Source: Thermoanaerobaculia bacterium
Lineage (GTDB): Bacteria; Acidobacteriota; Thermoanaerobaculia; Multivoradales; Multivoraceae
Length of the DNA stretch: 64,000 nucleotides
Direction of reading: 5' to 3'
Assembly: GCA_022823665.1 (NCBI GenBank)
Contig: JAJEHN010000037.1
Coordinates: forward strand, 23,531 to 87,530
The notes under the pieces were generated by a model that saw only the letters and a list, made by a program, of their open reading frames with translations, was not told the origin of the DNA and made no database searches. Shown one piece after another: positions 31,871-40,173 of this stretch (the first letter of the stretch is position 1; each line of letters starts with the position of its first letter). Position numbers and translations under genes: made by a program.

Positions 31871-33199
31871 ATGAAAGCGGCAGCTCTCGTCGTGGCATTG
31901 GTGATTACCTGCGCGCCATACCCGGCCCAGGCCGACGACTGGCCGCAGTGGCGGGGCGACGAACGCCGCGGCGTCTGGCGCGAGGACGGCATCCTCGAAC
32001 GCTTCCCCGAAGGCGGCCTCCGCTTCGCCTGGCGCGTGCCGATCGGCGCGGGCTACGGCGGCCCGGCAGTGGCAGCCGGCCGCGTGTTCGCGACCGACTT
32101 CGAACGGCTGCCCGGGAACCGCGGCCGGGAGCGCCTGATCGTGCTCGACGAGGCCACAGGCGAGCAGCTCTGGGAGCACGCCTGGGAAACCAGGATGGCA
32201 GGGCTCATGCCCGCCTACGCCAACGGCCCGCGGGCAACCCCGACGGTCGACGGCGACCGCGTCTACGTGCTCGGCTCGGCGGGCTACCTCGCCGCGCTCT
32301 CGGTCGAGGATGGCCGTGTGCTGTGGCGGCACGACCTGGTGGCGGACTACGAAGCGCCGGTTCAGGCCTGGGGCTTCGTCGGCGCGCCGCTCGTCGACGG
32401 CCGGCAGATCATCACCCTCGTCGGCGGCGAACCCGACGCCATGGTCGTGGCGTTCGACCGGGGAACCGGCGACGAGCTCTGGCGCTCGATGGAGGTAGGC
32501 AACGAACCGGGGTACAACCCGCCGGTCATCTACGAGCTTGGCGGCCGGCGGCATCTCGTCATCTGGCATCCGAAGGGCATCGCGGGGCTCGACCCGGACG
32601 GCGGCGAGGTGTTCTGGCAGTTCCCCTACGAGGTCGAGTACGGGCAGACGATCGCGACGCCGATCCAGGACGGCAACCAGCTCCTCGTGTCGTCCGCGTC
32701 GCACGGTTCGACGCTGATCGAGGTCGCCGCTGCCGCGGGGGCCAAGCCGGAAGCCCGGATCGTCTGGAAGGGCAAGAGTTCCAGCAAGGAGGACCTCGAC
32801 GGCCTGCACTCCTTCAACTCCACGCCTGCCTTCGACGGCGACATGATCTACGGCATCGGCGGCCAGGGGGCGCTGCGCGCCATCGACCGCGCCACCGGCA
32901 GGGAGGTCTGGGCGACCTTCGAGCCGAGCGAGGACGCCCGCATCGCCACCGCGTTCCTGGTCCGGAACGGCGACCGCTACTTCATCAGCAACGACCGCGG
33001 CGAACTGATGATCGCCCGCCTGAGCCGCGACGGTTACCACGAGATCGACCGGACGCGCCTGCTCGAACCGACCACCCGCAGCGTCCGCATCCGCCGGGAG
33101 CTCGGCAAGCTCCTCTGGGTGCACCCCGCCTACGCGAACGGCCACATCGTGCACCGCAACGACCGGGAGATCGTCCGCGCATCGCTGTTGGCCGAGTAA
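31871..33199 (+). CDS. PQQ-binding-like beta-propeller protein, secreted
   Basis: Signal peptide, DWPQWRG, GYGGPAV, GPRATPTVDG, W.HPAYANG; start ATG 31871 (the upstream extension is REP-derived). Confidence 0.85.
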   Translation: MKAAALVVALVITCAPYPAQADDWPQWRGDERRGVWREDGILERFPEGGLRFAWRVPIGAGYGGPAVAAGRVFATDFERLPGNRGRERLIVLDEATGEQLWEHAWETRMAGLMPAYANGPRATPTVDGDRVYVLGSAGYLAALSVEDGRVLWRHDLVADYEAPVQAWGFVGAPLVDGRQIITLVGGEPDAMVVAFDRGTGDELWRSMEVGNEPGYNPPVIYELGGRRHLVIWHPKGIAGLDPDGGEVFWQFPYEVEYGQTIATPIQDGNQLLVSSASHGSTLIEVAAAAGAKPEARIVWKGKSSSKEDLDGLHSFNSTPAFDGDMIYGIGGQGALRAIDRATGREVWATFEPSEDARIATAFLVRNGDRYFISNDRGELMIARLSRDGYHEIDRTRLLEPTTRSVRIRRELGKLLWVHPAYANGHIVHRNDREIVRASLLAE

Positions 33200-33246
33200 A
33201 GAACCGGGAGCGGCCCCAGGTGCCGGGTGTAGACTCCTGAACTCCA

Positions 33247-34956
33247 ATGCGCGGCACCCGCAGCCTCGTCGTCGTACTGGCGGTAATACTCGCCGGCTTC
33301 GGCCTGTACCGCTTGCTGTCGAACGATTCGGGAAGTGACTCGGCTGAAACCGGGGCGACTCAGGCCGCCGCGAGCACCGACTACGCGGATCTCGTCGCGC
33401 TCTTCGAGGATTTTCGTTCGTTCCAGCAGGGCGGCTCCGGCAACATCCAGTCCTATTCGCAGAGCGGCTGGTTCCTGTCGGACCTTGATACCGCGCCCGA
33501 CTTCTCCGCCACGGCGATGGCGGAGAAGTACGGCGAACTGAGAGCGTTTCAGGAGCGCTTGGAGGCGATCGATCCCACGGGCTGGCCGATCCCGCAACAG
33601 GTCGACTACCAGCTTGTCCGGGCGGAGACGAACGGCTATGAGTTTCAGCACCGGGTGCTCAGCCCATGGTCCAGGGATCCCGGCTTCTACAACGACGTGA
33701 TCGCCACGTTCGCCTGGGTAGCTGAACCGCCTCTGCAGGGGAACGAGGTGGCGGCTCTGCAATCCAGGCTCGGATCCGTACCCGATGTGGTGCGACAGGC
33801 GAAGGAGAATCTCGAAGACTTCTCCCTGATCGCCGCCGATCTGGGCACCCTGGCGATTCTCTCCATTGGAGATACGAGGTCAGCCTACGAATCGCTGGCG
33901 CAGGGCCTGAGGGTTCATCATCCGGAGCTCGTGGCCGACGTCGAGTCGGCGCTGGCCGCCATCGACGACTACGAGGACTGGATACGGGCCAACGAAGATC
34001 GGATGACGGGCACCACGGGTGTGGGCAGGGAGAACTACAACTGGCTGCTCAGGAACGTCTATCTGTTTCCCTACACCTGGGAGGAGATCCGAACGATCGT
34101 CGAACTGGAAGACAATCGCGTGATCACCTTTCAACGACTGGAGGAGCACCGCAATCGCGATGTTCCACCGCTCGTGCCGGTCGGGTCACAACTCGAGTAC
34201 AGGCAAGGCATCGAAGAAGCCGTCGATCACGTGATGAGTTTCCTGCGCGACGAGGAGATCTTCACTGTGCACGATTACCTCGTGCCGGATGACTACTTCG
34301 ACTCGCGGCTCTACGGAAAAGGGTACGCCCTGGAGGATCCCTGGCCCGAGACGCACGACTATTTCTTCAATTTCTCCCACCGGGAAGCGGTGATGGAGAA
34401 CACGCATGAGCTGGTCGGCCACCACTTCGACATGCTCAGGGCAGAGCGGGAGGATCACCCGATCCGCGGCGGAGAGCGGCCGTACAAGATCTCGACGGCT
34501 CGCGACGAGGGGCTGGCGTTTGCCCTCGAGGAACTGCTGATGCATGCGGGCTACCTGGACGGACGGAATCCCCATGGCAGGGAAGTCACCTATGAACAGG
34601 CGGCTTTCCGCACCGTGCGAGCACTCTCCGACATCTACATGCACAGCGGCGACTGGAGTCTGGAAGAAGCGACGCAGTTCTGCATCGACAACGCGCCGCA
34701 CGGCGAGCTGCTGGAGGGCAGCCACCACCTCTGGTTCGAGCTGGACACGACCCTGCGCGGCGTGGGGCACCACATGCTGATGGTCCTGGGGAAGGTCCAG
34801 TTCATGAAGCTGATGCGAGACCGCGCCAATCAACTCGGCGACGACTTCGTCCTGCGGGAGTTCCTGGACGAGGTCTACGCGGCGGGCCAGATCCCCTGGT
34901 CGCTCATCCGGTGGGAGATGACCGGGTACGACGACGAGGTGTCACGACTCTGGTAG
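33247..34956 (+). CDS. DUF885-like secreted protein (putative metallopeptidase fold)
   Basis: N-terminal anchor, W.RDP.FY, HELVGHH, EGLAFALEE, GK..FMKL, LREFLD. Confidence 0.7.
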   Translation: MRGTRSLVVVLAVILAGFGLYRLLSNDSGSDSAETGATQAAASTDYADLVALFEDFRSFQQGGSGNIQSYSQSGWFLSDLDTAPDFSATAMAEKYGELRAFQERLEAIDPTGWPIPQQVDYQLVRAETNGYEFQHRVLSPWSRDPGFYNDVIATFAWVAEPPLQGNEVAALQSRLGSVPDVVRQAKENLEDFSLIAADLGTLAILSIGDTRSAYESLAQGLRVHHPELVADVESALAAIDDYEDWIRANEDRMTGTTGVGRENYNWLLRNVYLFPYTWEEIRTIVELEDNRVITFQRLEEHRNRDVPPLVPVGSQLEYRQGIEEAVDHVMSFLRDEEIFTVHDYLVPDDYFDSRLYGKGYALEDPWPETHDYFFNFSHREAVMENTHELVGHHFDMLRAEREDHPIRGGERPYKISTARDEGLAFALEELLMHAGYLDGRNPHGREVTYEQAAFRTVRALSDIYMHSGDWSLEEATQFCIDNAPHGELLEGSHHLWFELDTTLRGVGHHMLMVLGKVQFMKLMRDRANQLGDDFVLREFLDEVYAAGQIPWSLIRWEMTGYDDEVSRLW

Positions 34957-35682
34957 CGCCGTCGGCTCCTGCTTCCGCCCCTGCCGGGCACGGGAAACCG
35001 CGGTACTGACCAGACCCACGATCAAGCCCGCCACGGGCATGAGCAGCCACACCGTGGCCCAGGGCGAGTCCGGATCCTCCTCGATCTTCTCCAGGCCGCC
35101 CCGGGCGAAGTGCAGAAAGGCGATCGAACTAGCGGGCACACTGAACCAGGGATCACGAAGCGCGCTGTCGACGACCGACTCCTCTTCGCCCGAGTTCGCC
35201 GCTTCGCCCGGTGGACTCGCCTGCTCGTTCTTCGCCCGCTTCTTCGAGTCGGTGGCTCCGATGAGACCGAAAGCCACGGCGAGAATCGCGATCGCCAACG
35301 TCGCCAGGAACCACACGGCTCGGCCGGTCATCGGCGGCGTGGCCATCAGGTCCAGGACGAACCGGGAGAACAGGACGAACACGCAGAAGATCGCGGGCAC
35401 CTGATACCAGGGGTCGGTGAACACGGTCGACTCGTGCCAGACCGGACCCGTTCCCAGCGTTTCCGCTTCGGGCGAGGTCTCGCTCCGGGCACCGCGGCGC
35501 AGTGCGACCAGTGTCGCAACCGCCGCCGTCGCCAGAGCGACCGCATAGACCATCGACACCGGCGAGGTACGTAGCGCCTCGATGCTCAGGAGGCCGCTGT
35601 CGCTGCCGGCGATGAGGAGCCCCATCAGCACGAGGAATCGCGGCCCGGGCTTGGACTCGTCGAGTCCCTTCTCCTTCGTCAT
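34942..35682 (-). CDS. Hypothetical membrane protein with internal duplication
   Basis: Hydrophobic helices; DPWYQVPA..LFSR vs DPWFSVPA..HFAR. Confidence 0.6.
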   Translation of the reverse strand: MTKEKGLDESKPGPRFLVLMGLLIAGSDSGLLSIEALRTSPVSMVYAVALATAAVATLVALRRGARSETSPEAETLGTGPVWHESTVFTDPWYQVPAIFCVFVLFSRFVLDLMATPPMTGRAVWFLATLAIAILAVAFGLIGATDSKKRAKNEQASPPGEAANSGEEESVVDSALRDPWFSVPASSIAFLHFARGGLEKIEEDPDSPWATVWLLMPVAGLIVGLVSTAVSRARQGRKQEPTALPES

Positions 35683-35840
35683 CGGGCTGAGGCCCCTGAG
35701 TCGTCGTACTTTCTGGCGGGGGAGGACACCGTGTCTCCGGTCCGTGCTTGTTTCTCCGAGTGGCCCTGGTGGAGGACCGACGGATCCTAGCTTCGCCCGA
35801 CGGCGTTCGGGCCGAATCCGGCCTGAGCTAAGTTCGACCG

Positions 35841-36089
35841 ATGCGGTTGCACATCACCTTGGACGACGATCTGGTGGCCGAGATCGACCGGCGTGCCGGT
35901 CGCCGAAAACGAAGCGTCTTCATCGCTGAGCTGATTAGGCGGAGTCTCGACGACGAGCGGCGATGGGACGACCTCGAAGCAGCGCTCGGCGGAATCTCCG
36001 ACACCGGCCACGACTGGGATGACGATCCAGCGGCGTGGGTACGGCGCCAACGGCGAGGCGACGGGCGACTTTCTGCCCGTATGGACTGA
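35841..36089 (+). CDS. Ribbon-helix-helix / VapB-like antitoxin
   Basis: MRLHITLDDDLVAEID..AG...RS.FI.E; acidic W-containing C-terminus. Confidence 0.7.
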   Translation: MRLHITLDDDLVAEIDRRAGRRKRSVFIAELIRRSLDDERRWDDLEAALGGISDTGHDWDDDPAAWVRRQRRGDGRLSARMD

Positions 36090-36129
36090 TCCGCCTGATT
36101 CGCGCCGGCCGCGTTGGCTAGCCGCACCG

Positions 36130-36600
36130 TCAAGCGAACGCCCTGGGCTCGAAGTCCTCAGCATTGAGAATGCTGGTGCTGCCGCCCGTGGCCCGAATGA
36201 GGAACAGTCCCCTGCGCTCCGCGTAGGTGGTCACGGCGGTGTCGCTCTTCACGTAGGCCACGGCACCGAGGATCCGCCTGCCCTGATACACGTGCGCCAG
36301 ATCGGTGAATCTCGGCAGCCTGGAGAGGAACTCGGTCACGTCCTCCGACCGCAGGGTCGGCCTGACCTCGACCACCACGACGGCCAGTTCGCTCACGGCC
36401 ACGAGGTCGAACTCGAGGTACTCGCCGTTTCGTCTTCCCTTGTGCCGCTGGTGAGTGCTCTCGACGGCGATTCCCCTGCCCTTGAGCAGGGGGACGAGAT
36501 CCCCATCGACCAGGCTTTCTAGGAGCTCTTCCCACGGAGAGCTGAAGAGTTCGGCCAGGGTCTGCGGTTTTCTGGGCTGGGCTAGTTCGTGCGTCGTCAT
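36130..36600 (-). CDS. PD-(D/E)XK nuclease-like protein, possibly N-truncated or degenerate
   Basis: EFDLVAV....VVVVEVRPTL, ILGAVAY, GLFLIRATG; start ATG 36600. Confidence 0.6.
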   Translation of the reverse strand: MTTHELAQPRKPQTLAELFSSPWEELLESLVDGDLVPLLKGRGIAVESTHQRHKGRRNGEYLEFDLVAVSELAVVVVEVRPTLRSEDVTEFLSRLPRFTDLAHVYQGRRILGAVAYVKSDTAVTTYAERRGLFLIRATGGSTSILNAEDFEPRAFA

Positions 36601-36610
36601 GCTCGAGGCC

Positions 36611-37558
36611 TCAGAACCGGTACCGCAACCCCACCGACACGCCCACATACCCGATCCCGTCGAACCCCAGGTCGCTCGTGAACGGCGTCGTTCCGTCCGC
36701 CTTGACGGGTTCATGGCTGCGGAGCACCTTCCACAGGTCGCTTCCGCTGAAGTCGTCGAACCGGGCCCAGCGCGCCTTGATCGTGAACGATGCGCTGTCG
36801 CCGAGGGCGTGGTCCACGCCGGCGAGGACCTGGTAGCCGGAGAGCGTGTCGCTGAACTCGCTGTCGAAGAGACTGAGACTGCCGGCTGCCGCGGCTGGAC
36901 GGTCGGCGAGGGTGAGCGGCGGGTCGACGTCCTGGTAGCCCTGCGCGAGGGTCTTGCGCAGGAGGCGGGTGCTGTAGCGGAGGCTGACGCGAGCCTGGCC
37001 CAGGCCCACGCCGACGAAGGGGGTCCATGACGTGGCGTTGTCGAAGTCCCAGTACGCGTTGACGAAGAGTTCGCGGGAGTCGAAGTCCGAGACGGTCACG
37101 CTGGGAGGATCGACGGGGCTCCACTCGCTCATCTTGTCGTCGAAGGTCGGGTCGCCGGTCGGCGACAGAAAGTAGATCGTGCCGCCGTCGTGCTGCCGGG
37201 CGGTGTGCTCCGCCTCGAGGCGCAGCCTGCCCAGGTCGTAGCCGATGCCCAGGCTGCCGGTGAACCGGGAACCCAGGTCGAAAGGAGTGGTGACCTCGGG
37301 CGACGAACCGGGTCCGCCGCACGCGGGGTCGCCGGTCGGCGCCATGGCCGGATCGGCGTAGAGCAGGACGTCGCACCTCGTCGGATGGTCGGCGCCCGAG
37401 ATGGTGGCCTCCAGGGTCGAGGCGTCGACCATGCCGGCCTCGAAGGCGAGGTAGAAGCCGCGGTCGTCGTCCTGGGCGCCTGCGATGCTGGCGGCCCCGA
37501 GGACAGGGGCGGCGAGGATCAGGGAGAGCAGTCCGCGAGCGGACCGGGGCGTGAACAT
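36611..37558 (-). CDS. Outer-membrane beta-barrel protein (opacity/OmpA-like)
   Basis: Signal peptide, GFYL, LGIGYD, LRLEAE, FVNAYWDF, WTPFVGVGLG, C-terminal GLRYRF. Confidence 0.8.
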   Translation of the reverse strand: MFTPRSARGLLSLILAAPVLGAASIAGAQDDDRGFYLAFEAGMVDASTLEATISGADHPTRCDVLLYADPAMAPTGDPACGGPGSSPEVTTPFDLGSRFTGSLGIGYDLGRLRLEAEHTARQHDGGTIYFLSPTGDPTFDDKMSEWSPVDPPSVTVSDFDSRELFVNAYWDFDNATSWTPFVGVGLGQARVSLRYSTRLLRKTLAQGYQDVDPPLTLADRPAAAAGSLSLFDSEFSDTLSGYQVLAGVDHALGDSASFTIKARWARFDDFSGSDLWKVLRSHEPVKADGTTPFTSDLGFDGIGYVGVSVGLRYRF

Positions 37559-37724
37559 CTTGAGGTTGTCTCCTGAGGAAGCGCGACCGGTGGTGGTGCA
37601 TCCCCGATTCTAGGGGCCGCGTGACCTCCGGTGTTAGCTCGACGAACGGAGGAGACCGCCGGGGCGGCTTCGCTGTTCGTGAACGCAGGACGGCTTGCGC
37701 GGCAGCGGGTGTTCGGGGAACGCA

Positions 37725-38639
37725 TCAGGCCTCGATCTGACTCTCTACGAACGGCAGCATCGCCTCGACGCACTCGGCCGGCTGCTCGAGCTGAAGGAGG
37801 TGCGTCGTGTCCGGAACGAAGTCGTAGTCGAGGGCCAGAATCTCCCTCAGATCCACCGTGGGCAGAAACGAGAAAGGCACCGTGGGGTCGGAGCCGATGA
37901 TCTTCACGGGACAGGAAACGCGGCTCAGGTCCGCTGCCCTTGCCCATCGCGGGCCTTCCAGCGAGATCGCCGCTTCGTACTCCCTCGGGCAGCGCAGTTC
38001 GTAGCCGTCGCCGTTCGAGGCCTGCCGCAGCGTGGTGCGTGCGACGAGCTCGGGCGCGCCGGGGCAGAGAAGCTGGAAGCCGGGCGCGCGCAGTACGCGC
38101 TCCATGAACTCCTCGGGGCTCGCGAAGCGTTCGCGGCGCCTCAGGGCGGCTTCGCCCAGGTGCCGGAGCATGGTCTCCACCTTCTCGACGTCCTCGGGCC
38201 GGCAGCCGGGCGGGCAGATGACGGGGTCGAAGAGGAGCAGGGCGGAGTAGGCGGAACTTCGCGTGGCGTGGATGAGCGCCGATTGCGCCGACACCGAGTG
38301 GAACACGCCGATCTTCGGCCTGGCCCCGAAGTGCCGGTCGATCGCTTCCGCGATGTGGCCGTGATCGTCGATGAAGGTCGCGACGCTGTGGGCTTCGGCC
38401 TCGCCGACCGGGTTCCAGCCATGGTTGCGGAGGTCGAAGAGGACGACGTCGAACCGGTCCGTGAGCAGCGACCAGAACGGGTAGTAGGCGTCGGCCGCGA
38501 ACCCGTTGCAGTGGCTGACGACGAGCCGCGGGCCGCTGGAGTTGCCGTGCCGCCGGAGAACGATGCGGCTGCCGTCCGCCATGCGGACCTCGGCCGTCGC
38601 CTGGGGCTCCGGCACTTTCCACCGCGTCGGTTGCGCCAT
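37725..38639 (-). CDS. Alpha/beta hydrolase fold protein
   Basis: SHCNGF, FDLRNHG, LFDP, HLLQLEQP; nucleophile elbow FHSVSA; start ATG 38639. Confidence 0.8.
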   Translation of the reverse strand: MAQPTRWKVPEPQATAEVRMADGSRIVLRRHGNSSGPRLVVSHCNGFAADAYYPFWSLLTDRFDVVLFDLRNHGWNPVGEAEAHSVATFIDDHGHIAEAIDRHFGARPKIGVFHSVSAQSALIHATRSSAYSALLLFDPVICPPGCRPEDVEKVETMLRHLGEAALRRRERFASPEEFMERVLRAPGFQLLCPGAPELVARTTLRQASNGDGYELRCPREYEAAISLEGPRWARAADLSRVSCPVKIIGSDPTVPFSFLPTVDLREILALDYDFVPDTTHLLQLEQPAECVEAMLPFVESQIEA

Positions 38640-38649
38640 CGCGGGGATC

Positions 38650-39381
38650 CTACGGTCGCCGGCAGACGAACAGCTCGTACTCGCCGGGCTCGATCTCCGA
38701 GTGGTCGCAGTCCACGGCCTTCGCCTCGAAACCGACCTCTCCCAGCAGCCCGAGCCAGTCGGCACGGCGGAAGAGGCCCGTGACGTGGCGGTCATGCACA
38801 ACCTCGACGCTGCCGTCGGCCTCGCGCAGCACGAAGGCGTAGTCCGTCGTGATCGTCGTGTCCGTGGGGTCCGGATCCCAGGTGTTCTCGAGGTAGTGGG
38901 CGCTCCGGTCCTCGCCGTCGCAACCGCCGCAGTCCGTGCTGGGCTGGAAGTTCTCGCGCAGGTGGTCGGGCGCGAAGAGGGCGGCGCCGCCGGGCCGGCA
39001 GTGGACCCAGGCGGTTTCGATGGCGGAGCGCAGGTCCTCGAGCGTCGTCATGTAGTCGATCGCGTCGTGGACGAAGACGCAGTCGAACGTCCGGTCGAGA
39101 CGGACCGTTCGCATGTCGCCCTCGACGTGTTGGCACTCGGGATTGAGCTGGCGGCTCATCGCCAGCATCTCCGGGGACAGGTCGACGAGGGTCATCTCGA
39201 AGTGCGCCTTGAGATGGGAGGCGTTGTGGCCGCCGCCGCTGCCGAGTTCGAGAGCGGTTCCGGGGGTGTCGCCGGAGGCTTCGAGCAGGTGCCGGAGGTA
39301 GATGCCGGCTTCTTCCTCGTACTCGTGGGGCGGTGAGATCAGCGGCCACCAGGGCGCGATCTCAGCGTAGAGCTTGGGCAT
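38650..39381 (-). CDS. Class I SAM-dependent methyltransferase
   Basis: LELGSGGG, VDLS..ML, EGDMR, FDCVF.HD. Confidence 0.9.
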   Translation of the reverse strand: MPKLYAEIAPWWPLISPPHEYEEEAGIYLRHLLEASGDTPGTALELGSGGGHNASHLKAHFEMTLVDLSPEMLAMSRQLNPECQHVEGDMRTVRLDRTFDCVFVHDAIDYMTTLEDLRSAIETAWVHCRPGGAALFAPDHLRENFQPSTDCGGCDGEDRSAHYLENTWDPDPTDTTITTDYAFVLREADGSVEVVHDRHVTGLFRRADWLGLLGEVGFEAKAVDCDHSEIEPGEYELFVCRRP

Positions 39382-39401
39382 GAGTCGTGAAGGATACGGG
39401 C

Positions 39402-39455
39402 TCGCCGCTTCGCGGCGTCGCGCGGATGCCGGCGAGGGCGCCGGCGCACCCAGTG
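39402..39455 (-). repeat. REP-like palindrome plus GCCGC-TTC-GCGGC hairpin
   Basis: Reverse complement of 39424-39455 equals 46608-46639 (32/32); begins 7 nt after the GPP34 stop. Confidence 0.9.
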
Positions 39456-39462
39456 CGGGGAT

Positions 39463-40164
39463 TCAGCCGGAGTTCGAGGAGGTCGACGAGGCGATGATGG
39501 CGGGCATGACGGCGGCCGCGGTGATGGCGGCCTGCGCTGCCTGGACGGCGTTGGACGTGGCCTTGCCGATGACGTCTCCCTTGGTGAGGCTCTTGATGCG
39601 CTGCTTGCGGGGTCTCAGTTCCCGGCGGCCGAAGGTCGGGTTGAGCAGGCCGACCGCGTGCGCCAGAGCGGCCAGGACGACCGTCCGGGGCTCGACTTCC
39701 CGGTCGTCGCTGAAGATCGCGGTGCGCAGGCGCTCGATGATCTCCCGTTCGGGGCCAGGGTCGATTTCCGGGAAGACGCGTCGCCTGAAGATGAGGAGGA
39801 TCTCCTGCTCATCCGCCCGCAGGATGCGCCGGGAGCAGAGCTGTTCGGCGACCCGGTGGTGGAGCTTCTTCATGGAGGAGAAGCGCGTGATCCAGGTCTG
39901 GATCGAGGCGCGCCGTTTGGCGTCCCGGATTCTCTTCAGGCACTCGTTGAGGATGGCGTCTTCGGTGCGGCGGATCTCGCGGACCTCGACCAGCTTGCGC
40001 CAGCGGCGCGACTCGTCGATGCGGATGCGCTCTCTGAGCAGGAGCTCGGCGGCGATCGCGCCGCCGAGTCCGATGCTCGTGTGGGCGCCGCCCAGGGTGC
40101 CCTTCGTGTCGTGCAGCGCGAGGAGGAGCAGTTCTTCGTGGAGGTGGAGGGGGGTGTCGCGCAT
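39463..40164 (-). CDS. GPP34/GOLPH3 family protein
   Basis: L.LHEELLLLAL.D.KG, GGAIAAELLL.ERI, FRRRVFPE.D. Confidence 0.85.
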   Translation of the reverse strand: MRDTPLHLHEELLLLALHDTKGTLGGAHTSIGLGGAIAAELLLRERIRIDESRRWRKLVEVREIRRTEDAILNECLKRIRDAKRRASIQTWITRFSSMKKLHHRVAEQLCSRRILRADEQEILLIFRRRVFPEIDPGPEREIIERLRTAIFSDDREVEPRTVVLAALAHAVGLLNPTFGRRELRPRKQRIKSLTKGDVIGKATSNAVQAAQAAITAAAVMPAIIASSTSSNSG

Positions 40165-40173
40165 CGCTTGAGT

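Noticed and set aside
31748-33247. N-terminal 500 aa of the 631-aa minus ORF
   Set aside because: Antisense to the PQQ-propeller gene; only the last 131 codons look like a real lipoprotein
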